Shown here in pieces: positions 1 through 9,865 of a stretch of DNA of 64,000 nt. The position numbers and the translations under genes are program-made. The DNA is taken from contig CAZVYY010000014.1 in the NCBI GenBank assembly GCA_964630775.1, forward strand, positions 14,333 through 78,332, read 5' to 3'. Position 1 is the stretch's first letter. Every line of letters starts with the position of its first letter. Source of the stretch: an uncultured Pirellulales bacterium. Its GTDB lineage: Bacteria; Planctomycetota; Phycisphaerae; Sedimentisphaerales; Anaerohalosphaeraceae. Under the pieces are notes generated by a model, which saw only the letters and a list, made by a program, of their open reading frames with translations, did no database searches and was not told where the DNA came from.

Positions 1-10
1 ACATCTGTCG

Positions 11-253
11 CTATTGATTTTGATTGGTGGTCTTATCCTCAGAAATCAAAGGGGCGACCACATGGACTTGTTTGCCCTGCAATCCCCTGGGGGATTGCAA
101 TTCAGCATATTCCACGACCTGGCCCGGCCTGAGTGTCCGGAATCCATCGCACTGGATATTACTGAAATGGACAAAGACATCCAGCCCTTCTTCGTTTACC
201 ACAAACCCAAAACCTTTTCGATAATCGAACCACTTGACAGTACCTTTGGGCAC
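11..253 (-). CDS. Cold-shock domain protein (CspA family)
   Basis: ORF 11..277 carries GTVKWFDYRKGFGFV and VFVHFS, which are CSD RNP1/RNP2-like motifs. I trimmed the start to the GTG at 251-253. AAGGAGG lies just upstream and this start gives the canonical MPKGTVKWF N-terminus. There is a short C-terminal tail beyond a typical Csp. Confidence 0.85.
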   Translation of the reverse strand: MPKGTVKWFDYRKGFGFVVNEEGLDVFVHFSNIQCDGFRTLRPGQVVEYAELQSPRGLQGKQVHVVAPLISEDKTTNQNQ

Positions 254-416
254 ACAACCTCCTTGCGCATTGCACAATCCGACCGTTTTGTTACGAAGTT
301 GTACCTGTGCCGCGAAACCAGAGTCTCGCAGCTATTATTAAGGGTACTGCTACGACCCCTTAAATCCACCTGATCACACCATCCCGCGCCTGCCGCCCTC
401 ACGACCTCCGTCTGTC

Positions 417-458
417 AAAAACAGCACATCCGGCGGTGTTTGTCACACCGCCGGACAG
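417..458 (-). terminator. Probable intrinsic terminator downstream of pnp
   Basis: On the minus strand, TCCGGCGGTGT / ACACCGCCGGA form an 11-bp perfect stem, extendable by wobble pairs. A U-run (GCUGUUUUUG) follows a few nt later. The site is 17 nt after the pnp stop. Confidence 0.5.
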
Positions 459-474
459 AATTGGCACCGGTACG

Positions 475-2589
475 TTACTTTTTCTCTTTATTCATCTCGA
501 TCATGGCGGCTTTGCGACTCAGTTTAAAGCGACCCTGGTCGTCAATGGCCAGCAGTTTGACCGAAATCATATCGCCTACCTTGCAGACGGCATCGACCGT
601 CTTGACGTAGGAATCTGAAATTTCACTAATATGGCAGAGGCCTTCGACGCCGGGGGCGAATTCCACGAATGCCCCGAATTCCTTGATCGAGACCACCTTG
701 CAGTTATGATAAATGCGACCCACCTGGGGCGGCGTCGTCATCGCTTCAATCATATCGCGGGCCACGAGGTGACCGTTGCCGCCGACACAACTGATGGCCA
801 CGGTGCCGTCTTCTTCGATTTCAATCAGCGAGCCGGTCTGTTCCTGGATACTCTTGATGGTCTTGCCGGACGGTCCGATGACCTTGCCGATATATTCCGG
901 ATCAATCTTGATCGAGACAATCTTCGGAGCATAGACGCTGAGCTGTTCGCGAGGCTTGTCAATCGTCTGCTTCATAATCCCGAGGATTTTCAGACGTGCC
1001 TGACGAGCCTTCTCCATGGCTGCAACCATAATATCGTGCGGCAGGCCTTCGGCCTTGATATCGAGCTGAATCGCCGTGATGCCTTTTTCGGTTCCTGCAA
1101 TCTTGAAATCCATATCGCCAAAATGGTCTTCGTCGCCGATGATATCCGTCAGCAGCTCATAGCGGCTGCCTTCGGTCACCAGGCCGATGGAAATCCCCGC
1201 CACCGGCAATTCCATCGGAACGCCGGCATCCATCATCGCCAGGCTTCCGCCGCACACCGACGCCATCGAACTGGAGCCGTTGGATTCGGTGATATCGGAA
1301 TTGATTTTAATGGTATAAGGGAATTTTTCTTCCGCAGGACGAAGCTGTTCGAGAGCCTTTTCCGCCAGCGCCCCGTGACCGATTTCACGGCGTCCGGGAC
1401 CGCGTACCGGCTTGACTTCGCCGACCGAATACGGCGGGAAGCTGTAATGCAGCATGAATTTCTGGCCGTATTCTTCCGTCAGGCCGTCGATCAACTGCTC
1501 ATCCCGCCCCGTGCCGAGTGTACAGGACACAAGGGCCTGCGTTTCACCGCGAGTAAACAGGGCCGAACCATGCGAACGGGGCAAAACGCCGACTTCACAG
1601 CTAATCGGTCGAATTTCATCATAACCTCTGCCGTCAGGCCTGCGGCCTTCCATCAGCAGTTTGCGGACGGCTTTTTTCTGAACAATTTCCAGAATCCGGC
1701 GGAGCTGAACATTACTGCATCGGGGTTCGGCACCCTCGGCTACAACACAATATTTATCGAACAACGGCTCGGTAATATCACTGATGGCTTTATTCCGATC
1801 CGCCTTGGCCTTGATTTGGTAAGCCTTATAAAGCGGCTCAAAACAGGTTTGCTGCACTTCATCGATCAGCGCCTGTTCGAGCTCAAACACTTCGACTTCT
1901 TTGGGCACACCGCAGAGTTTGACCAGTTCGTCAATCAGATCACAGACCTGACCAATTGCTTCATGGCCGGTCTTGACCGCCTCGGCGGCAACTTGCTCGG
2001 ACACCTGACGGGCATCCACTTCAATCATATTGATCGCATCGCGCTTGCCGCCCAGGATGAGGTTCATTTCGCTGTCCTCGACCTCTTTATAAGTCGGAAA
2101 CAGCACATACTGGCCGTTGATTCGGCTGACGCGAACGGCCCCCAGAGGACCCTGGAACGGAATCTTGCTGATGGACAACGCCGCGCTGGAGGCAATCATC
2201 GCCAGGACATCGGGGTCATTATCGGTATCGGCGCTGATGACCTGCACCATGATCTGCACTTCATTAAAATAGCCGTCCGGAAACAGGGGGCGAATCGGAC
2301 GGTCAATCATACGGGCAGTCAGGACTTCTTTGGTGGAAGGACGCCCTTCACGCTTCATAAATCCGCCGGGAAACTTGCCCGCGGCGCTGTATTTTTCACG
2401 ATAATCAACGCTCAGCGGAAAATAATCAATTTCGTCCCGCGGGGGTGCCGCCACGCAAACCGCCGCAAGAACCATGGTCTGGCCGCAAGACGCTATCACT
2501 GCACCGTGAGCCTGACGCGCAACCCGCCCGGTCTCGAGTGTAATCAACTTGCCGCCGATTTCTTTTTGTACTCGATGAACATTAAACAT
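475..2589 (-). CDS. pnp: Polyribonucleotide nucleotidyltransferase (PNPase)
   Basis: 704-aa ORF with two RNase PH-like halves, a KH region (IGKVIGPSGKTIKSI) and a C-terminal S1 domain (GRIYHNCKVVSIKEFGAFVEF). It follows rpsO in the classical rpsO-pnp order. Confidence 0.97.
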   Translation of the reverse strand: MFNVHRVQKEIGGKLITLETGRVARQAHGAVIASCGQTMVLAAVCVAAPPRDEIDYFPLSVDYREKYSAAGKFPGGFMKREGRPSTKEVLTARMIDRPIRPLFPDGYFNEVQIMVQVISADTDNDPDVLAMIASSAALSISKIPFQGPLGAVRVSRINGQYVLFPTYKEVEDSEMNLILGGKRDAINMIEVDARQVSEQVAAEAVKTGHEAIGQVCDLIDELVKLCGVPKEVEVFELEQALIDEVQQTCFEPLYKAYQIKAKADRNKAISDITEPLFDKYCVVAEGAEPRCSNVQLRRILEIVQKKAVRKLLMEGRRPDGRGYDEIRPISCEVGVLPRSHGSALFTRGETQALVSCTLGTGRDEQLIDGLTEEYGQKFMLHYSFPPYSVGEVKPVRGPGRREIGHGALAEKALEQLRPAEEKFPYTIKINSDITESNGSSSMASVCGGSLAMMDAGVPMELPVAGISIGLVTEGSRYELLTDIIGDEDHFGDMDFKIAGTEKGITAIQLDIKAEGLPHDIMVAAMEKARQARLKILGIMKQTIDKPREQLSVYAPKIVSIKIDPEYIGKVIGPSGKTIKSIQEQTGSLIEIEEDGTVAISCVGGNGHLVARDMIEAMTTPPQVGRIYHNCKVVSIKEFGAFVEFAPGVEGLCHISEISDSYVKTVDAVCKVGDMISVKLLAIDDQGRFKLSRKAAMIEMNKEKK

Positions 2590-2695
2590 ATATCTAATAC
2601 CTTCTAAAGTATGGTTTTTATTATCTATCTACAACGTCGTGTATTCAGCCGCAATTGGATACGGGCTTGAGCAACAACGCTGACGGACCGCTGGT

Positions 2696-2962
2696 TTATT
2701 TGCGGAGTCCGAGCTTGGAAATAATCTGACGATACCGATCCAAGTCCTTGTTGCGTACATATTTAAGTAACGATGTACGGGTACCGACCATCTTCAGAAG
2801 GCCTCTGCGCGAGGAATGATCTTTGGGGTGAACCTTGAGATGTTCCGTAAGTTCATTGATCCGGCCCGTCAGGATGGCAATCTGCACTTCCGGCGAACCG
2901 GTATCATTGGTTGCGGTTTTGTAACCCTCGATAATCTGCTGCTTTTTGTCTTTTGTTAACAT
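2696..2962 (-). CDS. rpsO: 30S ribosomal protein S15
   Basis: [16 protein letters not shown]...[39 protein letters not shown] is a typical S15 sequence. The start was trimmed from the ORF-track start (3010) to the ATG giving an 88-aa protein. Confidence 0.95.
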   Translation of the reverse strand: MLTKDKKQQIIEGYKTATNDTGSPEVQIAILTGRINELTEHLKVHPKDHSSRRGLLKMVGTRTSLLKYVRNKDLDRYRQIISKLGLRK

Positions 2963-3039
2963 ACTGTAAAAAAACCTTTCAGATACGTCAAGCCGCCCTA
3001 TGCGGCCCATTCAATTTCCCTATTTTCAACAGGGCTATC

Positions 3040-3067
3040 ATTATAACAGCGGTTATTGGCTTTGCAA
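3040..3067 (-). promoter_or_regulatory. Candidate sigma70-type promoter for rpsO-pnp
   Basis: On the minus strand I read TTGCAA, 16 nt of spacer, then TATAAT, about 75 nt upstream of the rpsO ATG. This is a sequence match only. Confidence 0.4.
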
Positions 3068-3464
3068 TGCTTTTTTTGGGCAGAACAGGAACGATTTTGG
3101 CGACAATTCGTGAGATGTGTACTTTTTGTATTTCTGACCGTATTACATCTTGTAATATTCAATAATAAATTTTTATTGATTATTCATCGGAATAAGAGAG
3201 GGAAGCACCCATGCCGAAACGGAGAATTTCACGGCAGTATCCGTATGAATCACCTGCAAGCGAGAGGGTATTCATTTTTAATTTCTGATTTTATCCAGAA
3301 TTGTCATATTGTATTCGGGGAAACGGGACTTTGAGATGGAAATTTCTTAAACCTGCACCAGTTTCTTTTTGGATTAGCGATATGCTAAGGCTATAATCGT
3401 ATCTATCGGATCCTAAAAGCAAACCATCCATCAGGATGGAAAACAAACATTCATTGAAGGGACA

Positions 3465-6400
3465 ATGAAGATGACACGTCTATGTATTGCCCTGGTGCTT
3501 CAGGCTCTGGTCGGATTTGCGTTCGGGAACGAGGATTTAGCGAAGAATTTTGCATCACCCCCGGCAGAGTCCCGTCCCTGGGTGTACTGGTTCTGGCTGA
3601 ACGGGAACCTGACCCGGGAAGGTATGACGGCCGATTTGGAGGCCATGCAGCGTGCGGGTATCGGCGGCGTGCTGATCATGGAAGTCGATCAGGGGGCGCC
3701 GGTGGGGCCGGTGGCATTCATGAGCGATGCGTGGCGAGAGTTGTTCAAGCATGCCGTGTCGGAGGCCCACCGACTGGGACTTGAGGTCAATATGAACAAC
3801 GACGCCGGCTGGAATGGCAGCGGCGGCCCATGGGTGCCGCTGGACAAGACCATGCAGGTGATCGTAACCAGCGAAAAACAGGTTCCTGGAGGCACGAAGT
3901 TTGAGGGCCAGTTGCCCGCCCCCCGCGCCAATGAAGGCTTTTATCGTGATATTGTCGTGCTGGCTTTTCCTACGCCCAAAGATCCTGATAATCCTGCCAA
4001 TCGCATCCAGAATCTTTCTGCTAAAGGCATGTTCTGGAATGGCATTTATGGCGGCAGTCTTAATAATACTCCAGCTACCGGAATTCCAGCCGATTCCATT
4101 GTCGCCCAGGATTTGATTGTGGACCTGTCGGGCCGAATGACAGCAACCGGTATGCTGACCTGGGATGCACCGCTGCTGCCGGACTCCGGCACATGGACTG
4201 TCATTCGTTTCGGACATACCTTCACCGGTGCGAAAAGTCATCCTGCACCCGCCACCGGCGCGGGGCCGGAATGCGATAAACTGAGCAAGGAAGGGATAGA
4301 GGCCAACTACAACGGCATGATAGGCAAGCTGGTTCGGGATGTGGGTCCGCTGGCGGGAAAGACCTTTACTGCAACCCACGTTGATAGCTGGGAAGTCGGT
4401 TCGCAGAACTGGACACCGAAGATGCGAGACGAATTCAAGCGGCTGCGGGGTTACGATATGACGCCGATGCTGCCGGTATTGACAGGTCGAATCGTGGGCA
4501 GCCTGGACATCTCCGAACGTTTTCTTCGTGATGTCAGACAGACCATATCCGACCTGCTGGCGGAAAACTATATCGGCCACCTGCGGACGCTGGCCAACAG
4601 GGACGGCCTGAGACTCTCGATGGAGGCGTATTCAGCACCCGCCAATGATCTCGATGTTGCCAATCATATTGAGGAACCCATCTGCGAATTCTGGTGGCCG
4701 GACGGGGGCGGATTTTACTGGTCGGTCAAGTCCATGGCTTCCGTCGCGCATGTCAACGGTCTGCCGGTGGTCGGGGCCGAAGCCTTCACGGCTGCCGATG
4801 GAGAACGATGGCTGGCGCATCCGGCCAATATCAAGGCACTGGGAGACCGCGCCTTTTGTGACGGCGTAAACCGCTTCATCGTTCATCGTTATGCGATGCA
4901 GCCATGGATTACCAATCGCTGGCCGGGCATGACTATGGGACCCTGGGGCGTGCATTATGAACGTTCAAATACGTGGTGGGAAGAGTCGAAAGCATGGCAC
5001 CGCTATGTTGCCCGCTGTCAATACCTGCTGCGGCAGGGACGATTTGTGGCCGATGTTCTCAGCCTGCAGTCGGAAGAACCAATGCAGCGCTTCAAACCGC
5101 TGAGGTTGACCGGATATGACTACGACGCCATCAGTCCGCAGGCTTTTCTGGAGAAAGTAACAGTCAAAGACGAGTTATTGGAATTGCCATCGGGCATGAA
5201 ATATCGCCTGCTGGTCTTGCCTGAAGACGAATCCATGACACCGCGGATGCTCGAGAAAATTGCGGCCCTGGCCCAAGCCGGGGCGACGATTCTTGGCAAT
5301 CCGCCAGTCAAGGCGCCGGGGCTGTCCGGCTATCCGCAATCGGATGCACAGGTCAAGACGCTGGCGGCGACGTTGTGGGCCACCGGTGCGGATTCCGAAG
5401 GCAAGAGGGTCAAAGGGAGAATTGTGGCCGGTAAGTCCCCTGCCGAAGTGCTGGCTGCGGCAGGCATTGGACCTGATTTTCTGGCCAGCCGGCCCATCCG
5501 TTATATCCATCGTGTTGTGGCCGACAAGGACCTGTATTTTGTCGCCAATCCTGCCCGCATGGCGGTTGAAGCCGTCTGCACCTTCCGGGTCAGCGGCAAG
5601 ACACCGGAGGCCTGGTTTCCCGACACCGGTCGAATCGAGCCGATTTCGGTGTTTCAGGAAAACGATGGATGCACGCGGATTCCGCTTCATTTTGAGCCCT
5701 CTGGTTCGATGTTTATCGTGTTCCACCCGGGCAAATCCCAGGCAGCCGAGCAGATCGTTTCGGTCAAACACGATGGCATGGAGCTGGTGCGGATGGATAC
5801 GGCAAATTTCTCAGCCCAGAACAGCGATGCGGCCAACACCTTTACCATGGCGGCCTGGGTCAGGCCGACTATTGAAATTGCACTTCCCCAGGAGACCAAC
5901 GAGGGGCTTGCGGCCCTCAGTGTGGAGCGGAATGATGTGCTCTATCCGGCACCCGGGCATGAGGTCTGGACGGACAAGGATTCCGGCGCGGGCTTTGGGG
6001 TCGGGACAAACGGCGTCTGCGTGTGCGAGCACGGCGACACCTACTTCCCCTCTGTGCTGGTGTATAAGACACCCATCACCGGCTGGACACACGTAACAAT
6101 TGTGTATCGCGATGGCACACCGAGTCTCTATCTGAACGGCAAGCTGGTCCACACCGGTATGAAGAGCAGGAAGATCGTGCATTCGGGCGTCAGCGTCATC
6201 CATGGCCGGGAGATTAACGAATTCCGCGGACAGGCTGCCGGACTCCAGGATTTCCCCAAGGCGCTATCCGAAAATGAAATCGCCAAACTGGCTCAATCGC
6301 AGCCATCTATTGCAGAGGCTGAACAGGGACCGGCAATGGATTTTGTTCGCCAGGAAGTTTTCAAAAAAGGATTATATGAGCTAAAGACAGCCGACGGCAA

Positions 6401-7007
6401 GACTCGACAAGTAACCGTTTCCAATCTGCCGGCACCTGTCGTCCTCCAGGGGCCATGGGATGTGCAATTCGCACCCGGGCTGGGGGCACCTGAAAAAGTG
6501 GTGTTCGAAGACCTGATGTCGTGGAGTGAACACAGCGAGCCTGGCGTGAAGTACTTCTCCGGGGCAGCCACGTATCGGAAAACCTTCGATTTCAAGCCGG
6601 TCACGATGTCCAATCCGCAGATCAAACCGGTCATTACGCTGGACCTCGGCAAGGTTGCGGTCATAGCCGAAGTCAGCCTGAACGGCAGGAATATCGGCAT
6701 CCTCTGGAAGCCGCCGTACCGCGTGGACATCACCGACGTCATTAAAAGCGGGCAAAACAATCTCGAAATTCGCGTTGTCAGCCTGCCTGTCAACCGCATG
6801 CTCGGGGATGAGCTGCTGCCCGAAGACAGTGATCGGCATGCCAATGGCACGCTCAAGCAATGGCCGCAGTGGCTGCAGGATGGCAAGCCAAGCCCCACAG
6901 GTCGCTTTACCTTCACCAGTTGGCGTTTGTGGAAAAAAGATGAACCACTTCAGGACTCCGGCCTGCTCGGCCCGGTGACTGTGGGTACAAGCGCCCGCAT
7001 CAATTGA
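3465..7007 (+). CDS. Secreted glycoside hydrolase, GH106-like (alpha-L-rhamnosidase-type) with inserted LamG module
   Basis: It has a signal peptide (MKMTRLCIALVLQALVGFAFG). The N-terminal block RPWVYWFWLNGNLTREGMTADLEAMQRAGIGGVLIME is typical of the GH106-type family as I remember it. A LamG/ConA-like module is inserted (FTMAAWVRP...GWTHVTIVYRDGTPSLYLNGKLV). The C-terminus is a galactose-binding-like domain (LDLGKVAVIAEVSLNGRNIG). Confidence 0.75.
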   Translation: MKMTRLCIALVLQALVGFAFGNEDLAKNFASPPAESRPWVYWFWLNGNLTREGMTADLEAMQRAGIGGVLIMEVDQGAPVGPVAFMSDAWRELFKHAVSEAHRLGLEVNMNNDAGWNGSGGPWVPLDKTMQVIVTSEKQVPGGTKFEGQLPAPRANEGFYRDIVVLAFPTPKDPDNPANRIQNLSAKGMFWNGIYGGSLNNTPATGIPADSIVAQDLIVDLSGRMTATGMLTWDAPLLPDSGTWTVIRFGHTFTGAKSHPAPATGAGPECDKLSKEGIEANYNGMIGKLVRDVGPLAGKTFTATHVDSWEVGSQNWTPKMRDEFKRLRGYDMTPMLPVLTGRIVGSLDISERFLRDVRQTISDLLAENYIGHLRTLANRDGLRLSMEAYSAPANDLDVANHIEEPICEFWWPDGGGFYWSVKSMASVAHVNGLPVVGAEAFTAADGERWLAHPANIKALGDRAFCDGVNRFIVHRYAMQPWITNRWPGMTMGPWGVHYERSNTWWEESKAWHRYVARCQYLLRQGRFVADVLSLQSEEPMQRFKPLRLTGYDYDAISPQAFLEKVTVKDELLELPSGMKYRLLVLPEDESMTPRMLEKIAALAQAGATILGNPPVKAPGLSGYPQSDAQVKTLAATLWATGADSEGKRVKGRIVAGKSPAEVLAAAGIGPDFLASRPIRYIHRVVADKDLYFVANPARMAVEAVCTFRVSGKTPEAWFPDTGRIEPISVFQENDGCTRIPLHFEPSGSMFIVFHPGKSQAAEQIVSVKHDGMELVRMDTANFSAQNSDAANTFTMAAWVRPTIEIALPQETNEGLAALSVERNDVLYPAPGHEVWTDKDSGAGFGVGTNGVCVCEHGDTYFPSVLVYKTPITGWTHVTIVYRDGTPSLYLNGKLVHTGMKSRKIVHSGVSVIHGREINEFRGQAAGLQDFPKALSENEIAKLAQSQPSIAEAEQGPAMDFVRQEVFKKGLYELKTADGKTRQVTVSNLPAPVVLQGPWDVQFAPGLGAPEKVVFEDLMSWSEHSEPGVKYFSGAATYRKTFDFKPVTMSNPQIKPVITLDLGKVAVIAEVSLNGRNIGILWKPPYRVDITDVIKSGQNNLEIRVVSLPVNRMLGDELLPEDSDRHANGTLKQWPQWLQDGKPSPTGRFTFTSWRLWKKDEPLQDSGLLGPVTVGTSARIN

Positions 7008-7252
7008 CTTTACCTGCATAAGGAAATATGCAGCGAGCGCTGTGTCTTGCTGCAAAAAAGAAGTTTGACAACGAGAATATGCCAATCAACACCGCTGGGT
7101 GATTTGGCGGACGAGTCTGTTCTGCGGAGCAATTCCAGATATTCATCGACGGAAAAACCAATAATACTCGGGAATCAGCCTTCAACTCAGTATTTCAATA
7201 GGGGTCATTTTGACCCGCCCCCGGCAGGCACCTCGAATGACTCCGAAGGCAT

Positions 7253-7295
7253 AAAAAAAGCGGCACCAGGTAATCCGCAAATTCCTGATACCGCT
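7253..7295 (-). terminator. Intrinsic terminator downstream of tRNA-Pro
   Basis: On the minus strand, AGCGGUAUCAGG pairs with CCUGGUGCCGCU (12 bp including two G-U pairs). The loop is 13 nt and a run of 7 U follows. Confidence 0.7.
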
Positions 7296-7309
7296 GAACT
7301 TACAACGAA

Positions 7310-7384
7310 TCGGGGCGACAGGACTTGAACCTGCGACCTCTTGACCCCCAGTCAAGCGCGCTAGCCAAACTGCGCCACGCCCCG
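7310..7384 (-). tRNA. tRNA-Pro (anticodon GGG)
   Basis: I folded the reverse complement by hand. Acceptor stem CGGGGCG/CGCCCCG, D stem GCGC/GCGC, anticodon stem CUUGA/UCAAG with loop CUGGGGG (anticodon GGG), T arm GCAGG-UUCAAGU-CCUGU, discriminator A. CCA is not encoded. Confidence 0.93.
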
Positions 7385-7554
7385 GTATAAGGGGGGAATT
7401 TTACCACCCCGCGGTGCTTTTCTCAATACAATTTTTCAATTTTACCCAATTCAACGAGGCAACTGCCTGTGTACACAACTATTCCCCCCTTTTTCGCTGT
7501 ATTATATAGGCATGTTCGCAGATTGGAAATTGACTTACCGCATCAGTTTCCAAT

Positions 7555-7588
7555 AAAAAACTCCGGCAGACCTTACAGCCTGCCGGAG
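7555..7588 (-). terminator. Intrinsic terminator downstream of the LamG gene
   Basis: On the minus strand, CTCCGGCAG / CTGCCGGAG form a 9-bp stem with a 10-nt loop, followed by UUUUUU. The site is ~30 nt after the stop at 7617. Confidence 0.75.
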
Positions 7589-7616
7589 CTACACTTTTCA
7601 CATCAAACCAGCCGGT

Positions 7617-9773
7617 TTAGTTGCAGGCACTTTGCGGATAGAGACCGCAATCGAGCCACTGTCCGGCCAGGATGGCAAAGTCATCCAATGTGACCTTGCA
7701 ATCGTTGTTATTATCCGCGGCAGGTTTGGTCATGCACGCCGCCACACCGGAATCAGCGTAATACTGAGCCACAATCTGTTCTGGTGTTAAGGCATAGTTG
7801 TACACGCGAATTTCATCCAGCAGACCTGTGAAGTAATTGTCCGACCAGGCACTCTTGCCGATGTAGTTATTCACGCGGGTTACAAAGTTGGGCAGCGGAA
7901 TGGTCGCGGTAGGAGTAACCGTCGTTCCGTCATTGTTATAGTACTTATACAGGACGCCATCTCTGTAGATTTTGACTGAACCCGCGGTATCCAGCGTTAT
8001 CGTGAACATCTGCCACTGATTCAGAAGGATTGCGCCATTGGCATTGATCGCCGCGTTCTGGGTTGTGCCGTTGGCCGTTCTGAACTGCAGTGCGGTGGAG
8101 GTCCCGTTGCGGCACAGGAAGATGTTGTCGTTCGGGGCGCCGTTGGAGAACTGGATAAAGTTGGCCCAGCTTCCGGCAACCGTCGTATAAGCCCAGAGAT
8201 TGATGGTCAGGCCGGTTCTGAAGTCACTGAAGCCATCGGGCAGATCCACGTAGTTGGCATAAGTGTTCGACAGGCTGATTGCCCGGCCCACTTTACCGGC
8301 AGCAAAGGTCGGCAGAATGTTATTGGGGGCCGCACCGAGGGTTGCCAGTGTTCCATTGAAGCCGTTACCTGAAGCATCATTGGCATTGTCTTCGAAAGGA
8401 TAGTAAGCCAGCAATTGCTTGCAAATCCAGTATGCCGAAGTGGACGTCGCCATACCGCCGGTATTGGAAGCGGTGGCATAATAGGCACCTGCTTCCTCTT
8501 TGGCCATCGATTGAATGGTCAGCGTACTGGTATAGGTGGTGCCGACCACGGTGGTATCGATGAAAATATGAGTTCCATCCGCAATGATTTCCTGGGCAGG
8601 GGTTCCCGCCTTGTACCACTTGAGGGTCAAAGCACCACCGCCGGTATCTTCCGCAACCACAGTCATTGAGGTGGTGTCGCCGGCGAAGTAGCCTTTGTTG
8701 ACCGGATTGGTCGTAAAGGCCGGGGCATTGGGAATCGTCTTGAAGCTTCGGCCGATACCCTGATAGGTAATCCCGTCGATGACTGCATCCACTCTCCAGT
8801 AATAGGTTTTGTCTTTGGTCAGCGTCTGGCCTGCGGGGATGGTATAGCTGTTTGCAGTCAAACCGGTCTGTTTGATCAGTGCAAACGGCGTCAAATTCAC
8901 AACTGCAGGATCGACAATATTGGGGTCAACACCCACATACAAATCATAGGCTGTGGGACTGTAGGCCGGGTCAATTGTCCAGGACAATGTGGGATTGATG
9001 GAAACATTGATTTGTCCATCTGTCGGATTGGTGTCGGTAACAAAGAAAAGGCTGACGGTATCGGGGCCTTTGGCGTAGTTAAACGCCAGCTCACGAGCGC
9101 TCAATACTGAGTTATAGATACGGAATTCATTTACTTTACCGGCAAAAGCAGCGTCCCCGCGATAGGTTGAGCTGCCGATATAAGCAAAGCTGCGTCCCAC
9201 ATTCGTCAACAGGTGGGCGGTCGAGGAGGAATTGACAAACTTGCCATCCTGATACAGGCTGATGGTGGATGTTGCTGCATCATACACACAGGCGACATGG
9301 TAGGTGGTTCCTGTTGTCAAACCTGTACCGATTGCCATATTTTCTCCGTAGTTATAGCCCGGGATGCCGCCAGTGCTGATAACGAACCGGGAATCGTTGC
9401 CGCCGGAGGATGGGGTGTAGAAAATGTAATTGCCGCCCGCGCCTGAAGTTCCGCCGGCTGAATCGCCGAAATCAAACAGACGCTGCCACTGGGACAGGCT
9501 ATCCAGCGAAAACCAGGCTTCAATCGTGACGCTGGTGTAATCCTTCAGGACATCGGACGGCAGGGTCACACACGGGGCCGAATTACTGGTTCCGCCGGCC
9601 AGAACCACCTGTCCATCCACAATGACGGCGCCATTGGTCAGGACGCCGTTGGACGTCCCAACCAAATCGTTGGGGTCCACATTAAAGTTGTACCGGTTGA
9701 CCAGGACTCCGAATGTCGGCAGCGACATCACGAGCATGGCCAGAATCATGACACTTGCACTTACTCTTCTCAT
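7617..9773 (-). CDS. Secreted LamG-domain protein with Ig-like middle region and dockerin-like C-terminal tag
   Basis: It has a signal peptide (MRRVSASVMILAMLVMSLPTFG). There are two LamG/ConA-like modules (VTIEAWFSLDS...WQRLFDFG, and LTINLWAYTT...WANFIQFSNG...LDEIRVYNYAL). The C-terminus is DCKVTLDDFAILAGQWLDC. It is the last gene of the sigma / anti-sigma / LamG cassette. Confidence 0.85.
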   Translation of the reverse strand: MRRVSASVMILAMLVMSLPTFGVLVNRYNFNVDPNDLVGTSNGVLTNGAVIVDGQVVLAGGTSNSAPCVTLPSDVLKDYTSVTIEAWFSLDSLSQWQRLFDFGDSAGGTSGAGGNYIFYTPSSGGNDSRFVISTGGIPGYNYGENMAIGTGLTTGTTYHVACVYDAATSTISLYQDGKFVNSSSTAHLLTNVGRSFAYIGSSTYRGDAAFAGKVNEFRIYNSVLSARELAFNYAKGPDTVSLFFVTDTNPTDGQINVSINPTLSWTIDPAYSPTAYDLYVGVDPNIVDPAVVNLTPFALIKQTGLTANSYTIPAGQTLTKDKTYYWRVDAVIDGITYQGIGRSFKTIPNAPAFTTNPVNKGYFAGDTTSMTVVAEDTGGGALTLKWYKAGTPAQEIIADGTHIFIDTTVVGTTYTSTLTIQSMAKEEAGAYYATASNTGGMATSTSAYWICKQLLAYYPFEDNANDASGNGFNGTLATLGAAPNNILPTFAAGKVGRAISLSNTYANYVDLPDGFSDFRTGLTINLWAYTTVAGSWANFIQFSNGAPNDNIFLCRNGTSTALQFRTANGTTQNAAINANGAILLNQWQMFTITLDTAGSVKIYRDGVLYKYYNNDGTTVTPTATIPLPNFVTRVNNYIGKSAWSDNYFTGLLDEIRVYNYALTPEQIVAQYYADSGVAACMTKPAADNNNDCKVTLDDFAILAGQWLDCGLYPQSACN

Positions 9774-9865
9774 AGCGTTAGACCTCCCAAAATAAAGTAA
9801 TAAAATGGTTTTATATACGCTTAAACTTACCTGTATCGTTCAAACGTTACCTGAACGTCTTTTGG

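Noticed and set aside
631-2607. These are very long ORFs antisense to, or out of frame with, strong genes. Examples: 631..2607 opposite pnp, 3555..4580, 6381..7085, 10064..10681, 12342..13124, 14174..15097, 22449..23759 and 23760..24467 opposite the UroD-like gene and glnS, 26797..28431, 34149..35060, 36431..37348, 37769..38698, 47241..48383, 50380..50895, 52062..52739, and the many + strand ORFs inside the Rhs gene.
   Set aside because: Their translations are low-complexity and rich in R/G/P/H, with no recognisable motifs. In every case the opposite or overlapping frame encodes a protein with clear family signatures. They are shadow ORFs of the kind expected in moderately GC-rich DNA.
7014-7033. 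Hairpin CTGCATA-AGGAAA-TATGCAG just after the stop of the first GH106-like gene, considered as a terminator.
   Set aside because: The stem is only 7 bp and AT-rich, and no T-tract follows. It is too weak to call.
7310-7384. tRNA-Pro as a possible genomic-island integration site, since it has accessory-looking LamG/ECF genes on one side.
   Set aside because: There is no integrase or recombinase gene, and I noticed no direct repeat of the tRNA 3' end in the flanks. The tRNA also has its own clean terminator. A full repeat search was not possible by eye.
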